Source of the DNA: a candidate division WWE3 bacterium
GTDB lineage: Bacteria > Patescibacteriota > 4484-211 > GCA-002791395
DNA length: 64,000 bases
Assembly: GCA_013335095.1 (NCBI GenBank)
Contig: JAAXWF010000001.1
Span: 150,797 to 214,796 of the forward strand
Direction of reading: 5' to 3'
The position numbers and the translations under genes were made by a program. Numbering within the stretch: the first letter of the stretch is position 1; every line of letters begins with the position of its first letter. Below are positions 9,743 to 18,505 of the stretch, in pieces. The notes below the pieces were generated by a model. That model ran no database searches, was not told the origin of the DNA, and saw only the letters and a list, made by a program, of their open reading frames with translations.

Positions 9743-11057
9743 GTTCTTTTAATAATTGGCGTATCCTCTGCTTACTCGATTCGACGCCAGGTTGATCAAA
9801 TGGATTGATATTAAAAAATCCAGCCAAATAGATCGTAACCAACTCGAAGAAGTAGATTAAACCACCAATGTGCACTTCGTCAATCACATCAATCATTATG
9901 CTTATATTCAATTGTCCGGTTTCCGTCAAGACCATGCGTGTTGCTTCCCTTTCTGCCGCCAAAATTTCGCTTAGTAACTTTCCGCCAATAAATGATAATG
10001 ATTGATCTTCTGTATGTTCGACCTCAAGATCATGCTCATATGACGTTACACCTAAAAAGGTAATAGTTTTATCTAATGGCCCTTCATTGTAAAGTTGAAG
10101 TTGAGAGTGTTGATCTGCTGGTCCGATAGAGACAACCGGGGTAAGCCCCACACGAACTTCCTGACCAGTAAGTGTATGTTTCTTGCCTAGACTTTCGGCC
10201 CACAATTGCCGCCACCACCAACCCAATTTCTCGAGTCCATACCCATATGTAAATAAAACATTAATTAACCGATATTGTTCGGTTGCAGCCATATAATGAA
10301 GCCATGCATATTCGAGCGCATCGTTTGAACTCCCCTGTTCGGTAATATGCGCATCCATTTTAGCCGCACCATCTAACAACTCCTGAATATCAATACCGGC
10401 AAATGCAGCAGGGAATAACCCTACTGGAGATAATACAGAGAATCGCCCACCAAGATCTTCCCGCATTCCAAACACAGGGATTTCATGTTCAACTGCGGTT
10501 TGAAACAGGTAATTATTAGTTGTTTCGGTAGTAAATATAAAATAATTTGGCCATGATGTTCCAACTGCCTTTTTATAACGGTCCCGTATGATTTCAAAAA
10601 TTGCAATCGTTTCCATTGTCGATCCAGATTTCGAAACGATATTAAATGCAGTATGCTCCAAATCAATATGTGCTAACAAATTCAAAATAGGTGTAGGGTC
10701 CGTTGTATCACCTAAAAAGTAAACTCGGGAAAAATGTTGATTCTTTTTATGATAGATCGATTTTTTAAGCACACTGTACAACATCTCAGCCCCAAGCAAT
10801 GATCCACCAATACCGACGACAACGAGCGTATCGCATCGTTCTTTTGTCGATTCTACGGTTTCTTTTATATCCTGAATTTGATGAGGAAGCATATACGGTA
10901 ACTGCATGAATGCGATTTGATTACGCTCACGCTGTTCATTAATACGACGATAAATTGATCGCCAATCAGCAATAGAAGTTTTACGAGTAGATTCCGAGAT
11001 ACCGATGGAGCCAATTGAATCTTGATAAAAGTTTGAGAAATCGATCTTTATTGCCAT
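9735..11057 (-). CDS. pgi: Glucose-6-phosphate isomerase
   Basis: GIGGSLLG, SKSGSTMET, GGRFSVLS, QLWAESLGK, DQHSQLQ, FDQPGVE. Confidence 0.96.
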   Translation of the reverse strand: MAIKIDFSNFYQDSIGSIGISESTRKTSIADWRSIYRRINEQRERNQIAFMQLPYMLPHQIQDIKETVESTKERCDTLVVVGIGGSLLGAEMLYSVLKKSIYHKKNQHFSRVYFLGDTTDPTPILNLLAHIDLEHTAFNIVSKSGSTMETIAIFEIIRDRYKKAVGTSWPNYFIFTTETTNNYLFQTAVEHEIPVFGMREDLGGRFSVLSPVGLFPAAFAGIDIQELLDGAAKMDAHITEQGSSNDALEYAWLHYMAATEQYRLINVLFTYGYGLEKLGWWWRQLWAESLGKKHTLTGQEVRVGLTPVVSIGPADQHSQLQLYNEGPLDKTITFLGVTSYEHDLEVEHTEDQSLSFIGGKLLSEILAAEREATRMVLTETGQLNISIMIDVIDEVHIGGLIYFFELVTIYLAGFFNINPFDQPGVESSKQRIRQLLKEHD

Positions 11058-11137
11058 ATAATTTAAACTGCACGGATTGCACTGACTTTACTATACTACG
11101 TTGAACAATTCCTGAGAATAAAACGTATCAAATTCCA

Positions 11138-11740
11138 TTATGAGGCGATCTCATCTTCATCGCCGATAAGGACGACATGCGGCAGAGCTAATACAGTACG
11201 GATAAAGGCATCTCCACGGTTTTTACGAAAACTAAATTCATCCTCAGTCATTACGGTATAGTTAATCTCATGACCGAGCTTATCTTCATAGGTCCTCACC
11301 AGGCTCTGAAGTACATCAAGCTGAACTTTTCCAACAATTAAGATATCGATGTCATTAGGTCCTGGATGGACATGTTTAATAAACCGCAAAGAGATGGTTG
11401 TGTATTTTATCTTTCCATACTGATCAATATTTTCGAGTAATTCACGACCAAATCCTGTCGTTTTGCCGATCATTCGTAATAGTTCTGAATAAAAGATAAA
11501 TTCTCGTCTGACTTTATAATATAAACGATTACTGCGTTGTTCTGTTGTTAATAAACCAATCGACCGCAATCGTTCAAGCTCTCGACGTACTGCATTGACT
11601 TCTTCATTTACCATGCGCGTGATTTGTCGAACATAATACATTTGGTCGGGATACGGAATAAAGATCTCAAGCAATTTGAGGCGAACACGTGATGTAAATA
11701 GATAATGTAAGACTTTATGCGATTGTGTGACTAAACCCAT
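11138..11740 (-). CDS. Winged-HTH regulator with C-terminal nucleotidyltransferase-like domain
   Basis: N-terminal wHTH (YVRQITR..EEVNAVRRELERL..GLL); C-terminal DIDILIVG and EINYTV segments. Confidence 0.75.
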   Translation of the reverse strand: MGLVTQSHKVLHYLFTSRVRLKLLEIFIPYPDQMYYVRQITRMVNEEVNAVRRELERLRSIGLLTTEQRSNRLYYKVRREFIFYSELLRMIGKTTGFGRELLENIDQYGKIKYTTISLRFIKHVHPGPNDIDILIVGKVQLDVLQSLVRTYEDKLGHEINYTVMTEDEFSFRKNRGDAFIRTVLALPHVVLIGDEDEIAS

Positions 11741-12978
11741 TAGTAAATAACCTCCGCGTTATCGGGCACAAGCAATACCCACGTTTGCCCTCGATTCATT
11801 TTAACAGTTTCCCCGCTTTGATTCTTCAAATTGAGTCCACTCTTTCTAGTTAGTTTTTCGTAAGTACCTTTTATCACATTTCCATCCTGCAATATTAAAC
11901 TTTTACCGGACCCAATAACTTTAAACGTAATTCGAGCACTTCCATCGTTTGCTGATGACATCGGAGCGTATAGTATCACGACATTCCGTGCGGTCAATTG
12001 TTGATTTGTTACTGCATCCTTATGTGGACCACTTACAAATGAACGCTTGTATACGTTTTGGCTGGCATCAAAATTCCAAATTGTACTAAAATCATTCGAT
12101 CCACTACCAGTCCAGTTAATCTGAACTTTTTGGACAGCAGCACTTTGATCAGCAGATACGGCTGAATCTTTAAATGGCCATAAATTAATAGAAACCGGTC
12201 CATGCCATCCATTTGATGCAGCAACAGACCACAAATCCTTGGTATTTGAATACGCATTATGGGGAGCGAGTCGATCAGTGACTCTCCAGAATTTCCCACC
12301 TGAAACACCAAGAGATTTTACTCCTTGTTTTTGGATCTCACCCAAAGCATCGGCTTCGGGGTTCGTACTTTGAGCCCCACCAATATGCATAATTAACGAG
12401 TCATCAAGAAAACCTATTAGGTCAAGAAAGTATTTACGAACAGAACGGACGGGTCCGACAACCTCAGGCTCATTTGTGAGATATACACCCGCAAACCGAG
12501 TAATCCCTCCTTCTGCGAGGGTTTCAAAGACAAGATCAGCTTTATCTAAACCAGATTGAGGTCGAGCGTCTGGATGATTCTCCACCATTACAACAAGAGG
12601 TAACTTTTGCATTAATTTTGAATATTCCGAACTAGTAAGTAATACACCGTTCAATGGTGAGTTCTGATTCTTTGGTTCTTCTGGATCTTTTACTTCGACT
12701 GATTTTATTTGATTACCTGACAAAGGAATCGTTGTAATTTGCGATTCTACATTTTCATTTTTGGATTCTTTTTGACTTAATACATATATAAATCCACCAC
12801 CGCCAATTAACACAACGAATAATGCCAAAACACCCAAAGAGAGGGCGATACGTTGGCCATTATCGAGTACGACATCTGGCGAAGCACTGCGCTTAAACAA
12901 ACTCTTAATACGTCCAATCAACCCAACCTTGTGGGTATTTATGATTTGTTTCTCATCAATAACGATATCGTCTTTCAT
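11740..12978 (-). CDS. DUF3048 (YerB-like) membrane-anchored protein
   Basis: SPLNG, VMVENHPDARPQSGL, EGGITRF, GPVRSVR, APHNAY motifs; one N-terminal TM. Confidence 0.88.
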   Translation of the reverse strand: MKDDIVIDEKQIINTHKVGLIGRIKSLFKRSASPDVVLDNGQRIALSLGVLALFVVLIGGGGFIYVLSQKESKNENVESQITTIPLSGNQIKSVEVKDPEEPKNQNSPLNGVLLTSSEYSKLMQKLPLVVMVENHPDARPQSGLDKADLVFETLAEGGITRFAGVYLTNEPEVVGPVRSVRKYFLDLIGFLDDSLIMHIGGAQSTNPEADALGEIQKQGVKSLGVSGGKFWRVTDRLAPHNAYSNTKDLWSVAASNGWHGPVSINLWPFKDSAVSADQSAAVQKVQINWTGSGSNDFSTIWNFDASQNVYKRSFVSGPHKDAVTNQQLTARNVVILYAPMSSANDGSARITFKVIGSGKSLILQDGNVIKGTYEKLTRKSGLNLKNQSGETVKMNRGQTWVLLVPDNAEVIY

Positions 12979-13000
12979 AGTGAATTAAAGTAACTTAAGT

Positions 13001-13507
13001 TTATTTATACCCCAACGAGAGGGCCTTGCGAATGGCCTCTTTTTCTTCATCAGAGAGCTCGTAATCAGAGGATTCACCTGCGACTATTGGTTTTGCATAC
13101 ATTCTCGTTTGCTGACGTCCATGCATACTTGAAATAACAACCCCATTATTCCGTTCATCTAGTAGCGCCAACACAAAACTTTGATCCCCTCCCGTATCAT
13201 TATAAGGATTGAACCGAATAATCGACATTTTGGCAAAGTGATTCATTCCATTTTTTTGCACATCAGTAACTATTTTCTCAAAATCTATAATTTTAACCTT
13301 AACCCCTTCGACTCTATTAATATGGTCATTAAGAATCTCCCTTAAATTTTCCTTTCCTGTTTCACCAAATAATGAAGTTGAATAACGGTGCGACTTATAA
13401 ACAAAAAAAGTCAGAACCCCAAGCCAAATAAAACCAATCACAAATAATATGATAAAAAGGATCCCGATATTTGAAGCAAAAAAAGCACCCAACGTAATAC
13501 CATCCAT
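13001..13507 (-). CDS. DUF4446 family protein
   Basis: N-terminal TM; RFNPY.DTGGDQSF.LALLD..NNGVVISS.HGR...R.YAKP...LSDEE. Confidence 0.88.
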   Translation of the reverse strand: MDGITLGAFFASNIGILFIILFVIGFIWLGVLTFFVYKSHRYSTSLFGETGKENLREILNDHINRVEGVKVKIIDFEKIVTDVQKNGMNHFAKMSIIRFNPYNDTGGDQSFVLALLDERNNGVVISSMHGRQQTRMYAKPIVAGESSDYELSDEEKEAIRKALSLGYK

Positions 13508-13626
13508 AATTAAGTATGTACTTTATACTCTAATCAAGCTCGTTCTTCAATCAAAGACTAATTCGCCATACAACAGCATCAATCTCACTCGCCTCCCAAA
13601 TGGCTATAAATCAACACAAATCACAA

Positions 13627-13655
13627 TTGACGTTATGCCCAGATCGGTGTATACA
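13627..13655 (+). promoter_or_regulatory. sigma70-type promoter of lexA
   Basis: TTGACG (13627-32), 17 bp spacer, TATACA (13650-55); ATG follows 7 nt later. Confidence 0.65.
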
Positions 13656-13662
13656 CGTATAC

Positions 13663-14409
13663 ATGAATACACGTAGACAACAGGAGCAGAACTTAACAAA
13701 TCGACAGCTCATAACCCTTGATTTAATAATCAGCGAAATTGAAACAAACGGATTTCCACCGACGGTACGCGAGATACGAGATCGTCTTGGTGTTAATTCA
13801 ATCCGCGGCGCATCTATTCACCTCGATGCGCTTGAGCGCAAAGGATTTATACAAAGATCGAGTAAAGCCCGTGGTATTAAAGTGCTTCGTCGACCAGAAA
13901 CAAATAATGCCCACCTTCAAGAAATACGCATACCGTTAATCGGCCAAGTTCAGGCAGGTCATCCCATTTGGGCCGAAGAGCATTTTGAAAAATATATAAA
14001 CGTTAAAAAATCATACCTCAAGGGATATCAAAAAGCATTTGCTGTCCGAGTTGAGGGGGAAAGCATGATCGAGGCCGGGATTGAGCCGGGAGACATAGCA
14101 CTCATACATCCTACAGAATCGGCGAGCAATGGCGACATCGTAGTTGCGTTAATCGAAGATTCTGTGACATTGAAAAGGTTTCATAAAGTAGACGACTTCA
14201 TTGCCCTACTTCCAGCAAACCCCAATTTCAAACCGATTATTGGTACAGAGTTTAATATACAAGGCAAACTCATTGGATTAATCAAAACTACTGATAATGC
14301 ACTTGGTTCTCTTGAGGATGAGGCGAGCTTAATACCCATAACTCCTCTTTCTGCCTCTGATCGACCCCAGACAATGTTAAAATGGGTGTATGGCACTACA
14401 ACTCATTGA
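13663..14409 (+). CDS. lexA: SOS repressor LexA (start revised to ATG 13663)
   Basis: GFPPTVREI wHTH, Ala-Gly cleavage site (VQAG), catalytic Ser (GESM) and Lys (TLKRF); about 35 aa C-terminal extension. Confidence 0.95.
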   Translation: MNTRRQQEQNLTNRQLITLDLIISEIETNGFPPTVREIRDRLGVNSIRGASIHLDALERKGFIQRSSKARGIKVLRRPETNNAHLQEIRIPLIGQVQAGHPIWAEEHFEKYINVKKSYLKGYQKAFAVRVEGESMIEAGIEPGDIALIHPTESASNGDIVVALIEDSVTLKRFHKVDDFIALLPANPNFKPIIGTEFNIQGKLIGLIKTTDNALGSLEDEASLIPITPLSASDRPQTMLKWVYGTTTH

Positions 14410-15247
14410 CGGAAAAGAACTATCAAAAACAGTCCTGCAACAAACTCAAAGATTATTACAACAGTCTTCTCGAAAACCTGGACTCGTCAGCGTGGTGATT
14501 GGAAATGATAAACTTTCGCATTTCTTTTCTGACCTAAAAGGCAAAACAGCTCAGAAAGCAGGACTGACATTTCAAAAAGTATCCTACCCCGATAATTTTG
14601 ACCCAGAACGGATATTAACACACATACAACAATTAAATAGCCAACATACAATTCACGGCATTGTAGTGCAATTACCACTTCCTTCTTCTTATAAAAGACA
14701 CGTTATTCTGAAATCAGTACACCCCTATAAAGATGTGGATTGCTTACACCCCAAAAATATGGGGTTAATGCTCGAAGGAAATCCCGTATTTTTACCACCA
14801 GTTGTGTTAGCAGTAATAGATGCAATAAATGCTACAAAAAAATATCCGATTAAATCAATTGAATACCTAAATCAAGAGTATACGGTCCCTGATTTATCAG
14901 GAGTACCTGTTACATTGATTGGTGGAGGAATATTAGTAGGACAACCCCTCGCTACGTATTTACCATTTTTGGGGGCAACAGTAACGCTTGTTAACGAATA
15001 CTCAACAAACACTGACTTCTACCTACGCAATGCACAAATTATTGTAACGGGAACAAACGCTTCAGATGTATTAGAACCGACCGCAGTATCCCCTGGCACA
15101 GTAATACTTCCAGTTGCCGATGATGTAATAATAGAAAAATTTAGTACATATGATGTATTTATGACTCCAAATCCCGGAGGAATCGGTCCACTAACAATCG
15201 CCCACTTGATACGAAATACTGCACTATCCTGCGAAGTACTACATTAA
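14390..15247 (+). CDS. folD: FolD-family methylene-THF dehydrogenase/cyclohydrolase (divergent)
   Basis: IDGK, HGIVVQLPLP, KDVDCL, TPNPGGIGPLT. Confidence 0.85.
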   Translation: MALQLIDGKELSKTVLQQTQRLLQQSSRKPGLVSVVIGNDKLSHFFSDLKGKTAQKAGLTFQKVSYPDNFDPERILTHIQQLNSQHTIHGIVVQLPLPSSYKRHVILKSVHPYKDVDCLHPKNMGLMLEGNPVFLPPVVLAVIDAINATKKYPIKSIEYLNQEYTVPDLSGVPVTLIGGGILVGQPLATYLPFLGATVTLVNEYSTNTDFYLRNAQIIVTGTNASDVLEPTAVSPGTVILPVADDVIIEKFSTYDVFMTPNPGGIGPLTIAHLIRNTALSCEVLH

Positions 15248-17144
15248 ATTTCCACAAAATAAAGATAATCACCCCACTAATCATAAGTAAGAGACCATCG
15301 ATAATAACCCAAGAACCTGTTTTGGGTAGTAGCGAAGTGATACGATCACGATCAGTAGCGAGTCCTTTTACTTGTCCTGAGACTTTTATGTCATCACTAG
15401 ACCTCGGTAAAATTCTCACTTCATCTTTATATTTTGATAGTATACCGAGCACCGCAAGCGAATCATTCTTTTTAATCATAGGGCGTTTGAAACCAGTAGA
15501 ATCCTTAATATAAATCTTTACTTCGTTACCTTTCCCAGATTTTAACCAAAAGGTATTACCACTGAGTTTAGTAACAGTGCCTGTAGTACTAATAAGTCGA
15601 CCAATATTTTTCTCATCAGCATATTCTTGTATGTTAATAGGAAGCAACGAAATCTGTTCAGTTGAATACTCAGGATCCTCAGAAGCATAAAGATAATGTT
15701 CGCCTAAACTCATTCTGATCTCACCTTGAACACGAATAACTTCATTCAATGAAAATGACTGGTCTTTATTTTTAAACAGTATCTTTATCCCCCCTGATGA
15801 ATCCTCAATATATGCGATACCTTGACCAAATACACCCGTAGGGGAAGTGATTATGCCTTCAACGCTTGCGACATCTCCAAGAGTTAAATTCTTTACCTTT
15901 TCAATTGTTTGAACACCCAGCTCATCCTCTATGTAATATTCATCCGTCTCAATAGCCTCGTCAGATTCGATTTCGTCCTCCACAGACCGAGTGGCCGCAA
16001 CGTGAATAACGTCGGAGGTATACGTTGATGTGGAGTTTACCAACTTTATCTTTATTCTAATTGAGTAGTCTCCAGGCAGATTCTCCGGCTTAATCCGTGC
16101 TGTAATTGAAAAAGGTAAATCGCCCATGTCGTTGGTAAGCATTGGTAAGTTAGCCCAGGCACCATTCCATGAGACATACTCTCCTGACTCACTTTTAGTT
16201 TGCCCCTCGTACCAGTGAACAAGGTCAGATGTTGCCTCTGCTTTAATCTGGACCTGTATACCTTTTGATAAATTTTCAATAATACCGCGAATATGGAAAT
16301 CCTTCCCGATTTCAATACTTGAAACGGGATCCGAAATCTTGATTTGAGCTAATGACACCGTTGGGGTAATAGTCGGCGCGGGCGTAACAGTAATAACACT
16401 AGGTAAAGGCTCTACAGTTGGCTTGTTGATGATTGACGGCTCAATAGTGATCGTTGGAACAATAGGTTCAGTCGGAGAAATAACTATTGTTGGTTCAATT
16501 AATGGTTGATCAAAAAACAAATGATTTTGTAGACCTGGCGTAAATGGTTGGGCAATTATCCAATCAGCCACAGAATGTTCACTAGTTGAAACACGTTCAA
16601 GGCTTTGTCCGAGCTTAATAGTATCGGAATCTTGCCACCCACATTCTACGCAACCGACTTGAGACCAAATACCAAAGGTATTTAATTGGATTAATACATC
16701 TTTGCTTGATGAAAAAGTACCATCAGCATTCGACCACACGACCGCGTCGACAACAACTCCATTATCTTCTAGTCGGATTACATTATCTGTTCCTACTAAA
16801 CCAGTATCGGTAGAATAAACATCCCAATAATTATTTCCCCCTTTTCCTGTGGCATTACTTTCATCGATACCGCCGCTATCATTTAAATGAACTACAATAA
16901 TATCACCTGGCACTACTGTTAAATTAGAAAATACTTTGATTACAGATTGGACTCCTTCAATCACTTGAACACCAATGAGATCTCGATTAGCGGTTGCTAT
17001 TAATTCTATCCAGTCGTTATCTTCCTTCATTGCGACTTCAGAAATTAATACCGCGCTTGGTATGGTTGCGGCAAATACCAATGATCTAAGGCAAAATATA
17101 ATTATTATGCCCGCCAATAAGATATAACCTTGCATATTTTTCAT
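15159..17144 (-). CDS. Secreted lamin-tail-domain protein with Pro/Thr linker, OB-fold-like repeats and LPxTG-like sorting signal
   Basis: Signal peptide; VLISEV...DWIEL (LTD); PTITP linker; VEGIITSP.G.F....YIEDSSGGI and VLGILSKY....RILPRSSDD OB-like units; LPKTG + TM + basic tail. Confidence 0.75.
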   Translation of the reverse strand: MKNMQGYILLAGIIIIFCLRSLVFAATIPSAVLISEVAMKEDNDWIELIATANRDLIGVQVIEGVQSVIKVFSNLTVVPGDIIVVHLNDSGGIDESNATGKGGNNYWDVYSTDTGLVGTDNVIRLEDNGVVVDAVVWSNADGTFSSSKDVLIQLNTFGIWSQVGCVECGWQDSDTIKLGQSLERVSTSEHSVADWIIAQPFTPGLQNHLFFDQPLIEPTIVISPTEPIVPTITIEPSIINKPTVEPLPSVITVTPAPTITPTVSLAQIKISDPVSSIEIGKDFHIRGIIENLSKGIQVQIKAEATSDLVHWYEGQTKSESGEYVSWNGAWANLPMLTNDMGDLPFSITARIKPENLPGDYSIRIKIKLVNSTSTYTSDVIHVAATRSVEDEIESDEAIETDEYYIEDELGVQTIEKVKNLTLGDVASVEGIITSPTGVFGQGIAYIEDSSGGIKILFKNKDQSFSLNEVIRVQGEIRMSLGEHYLYASEDPEYSTEQISLLPINIQEYADEKNIGRLISTTGTVTKLSGNTFWLKSGKGNEVKIYIKDSTGFKRPMIKKNDSLAVLGILSKYKDEVRILPRSSDDIKVSGQVKGLATDRDRITSLLPKTGSWVIIDGLLLMISGVIIFILWKFNVVLRRIVQYFVSSGRLLVDRFLRDLES

Positions 17145-17279
17145 ATATAACTCAATATTTAAGGATGATAACAAAATATTTTAAAATTGCAAGTTTTTTT
17201 AAAGTAACTAAGAGAAAGTAACCAACTTATTTCTAAATACAATATGCATTACCACCAACCCCTAGCCTTGAAGTTTCAT

Positions 17280-18503
17280 CTACTTTACATGCCAGTAAAT
17301 CGTTTTAGTACCATCCGGGTGGTCAATACGAATACCTTTACCTACGGTTCCGGTTAAAGAACACGGCTGACTATCACTTACCGCATATGCTACACCCTCA
17401 GCTGCGGCTAAAATTGGAGCACCGTCGCCAATAGTACTATCAACCATATCGACCCCATTATGACCAGGTATGCCAAAGTTAGCCTGATACCACGCTCGTG
17501 TAGAAGGATCATTGAAACCTTGTGTTATTGTCGGATCATTTAGGGGCCAACCGAATGCACCACTACTCAATTTGCCCATAGGGTCTACGGCTACATTATT
17601 TATGTAATATCCAAAATGTAGGTGAGGACCGGTGGAACAGCCAGTATTACCAACCCGGGCAATGATGTCCCCTTTTTTAACGTTTCCAAGTTTTGTCCCT
17701 AAATTAGTTAAGGCAGCTCGGATTGCCCGAATCTCTTCTTCAACCTGAGCTAATAATCTTTGATACTGATTTTCTTCATTCTTTGTTACCGTAAGCAACC
17801 AATTCTTTGTAGATTGCTGATTCCGTAAACTTTGTTCTTGGCTCTGTAATAATACATGGTGGTCTTGCAATTGAGCCTTCAATGTTTCTTTCTCTGTTTT
17901 GAGTGTTTCTAACTGCTGCTTTTGGACCTCAAAGTTAGATTTATTATCATGCATTTGACTGAGAAGACGATTATCCTCTTCTTGTAATGCCCGCAAGTAT
18001 GCACTTTCTAGGATCATTTCCCGTACATTTCCAGGCTTAAGGATAAAACCGGTACCTGCGGTTTCAAACTGATAACGGGCTCGAATTCTCGCCGAAAGGG
18101 TGGTGTTCAAATCATTTATCGACTCGGTAACATTTTCCAATTTTTCTGTAAGTTTGATGATATCGTTATTAACCCCGTCCAATTGGCCTTCTGTGGTTAT
18201 TATTTGATTTCTAGTATCTTCCTGCTCCAACTGGGTTAAGCGAATCTGATTATCTAAATACGTAACTTGGTTAGCTAGAGTTTTTTCCTGTTTCTGAGCA
18301 TCAACAATCTTCCGCTGTAACTCAGTTTTCTTTGTTTCTCGATCTTTTAACTCGTCGTATTTTTGTTGAGACGTATTTTGCCCAATAGGCAATAGAGTAT
18401 TTTCTCCGTCAATCCCCAAATGAGCCTCTACCGTCAAAGGCATTGTGGATAAAAAAAGAGAAGATATGATAAATACAGCACAACTAAGTATTCTTTTTTT
18501 CAT
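17280..18503 (-). CDS. Coiled-coil M23 (LytM-family) peptidoglycan peptidase downstream of ftsEX
   Basis: Signal peptide, long coiled coil, GNTGCSTGPHLHF and HNGVD motifs (in swapped order). Confidence 0.9.
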   Translation of the reverse strand: MKKRILSCAVFIISSLFLSTMPLTVEAHLGIDGENTLLPIGQNTSQQKYDELKDRETKKTELQRKIVDAQKQEKTLANQVTYLDNQIRLTQLEQEDTRNQIITTEGQLDGVNNDIIKLTEKLENVTESINDLNTTLSARIRARYQFETAGTGFILKPGNVREMILESAYLRALQEEDNRLLSQMHDNKSNFEVQKQQLETLKTEKETLKAQLQDHHVLLQSQEQSLRNQQSTKNWLLTVTKNEENQYQRLLAQVEEEIRAIRAALTNLGTKLGNVKKGDIIARVGNTGCSTGPHLHFGYYINNVAVDPMGKLSSGAFGWPLNDPTITQGFNDPSTRAWYQANFGIPGHNGVDMVDSTIGDGAPILAAAEGVAYAVSDSQPCSLTGTVGKGIRIDHPDGTKTIYWHVK

Positions 18504-18505
18504 AG

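Noticed and set aside
13600-13662. N-terminal extension of LexA
   Set aside because: Covers the promoter; ATG 13663 fits the usual LexA N-terminus.
16340-16520. Imperfect repeats as a possible CRISPR or VNTR (also 43260-43370 and 50389-50455)
   Set aside because: In-frame low-complexity Pro/Thr or Gly linkers. No repeat-spacer periodicity and no cas genes.
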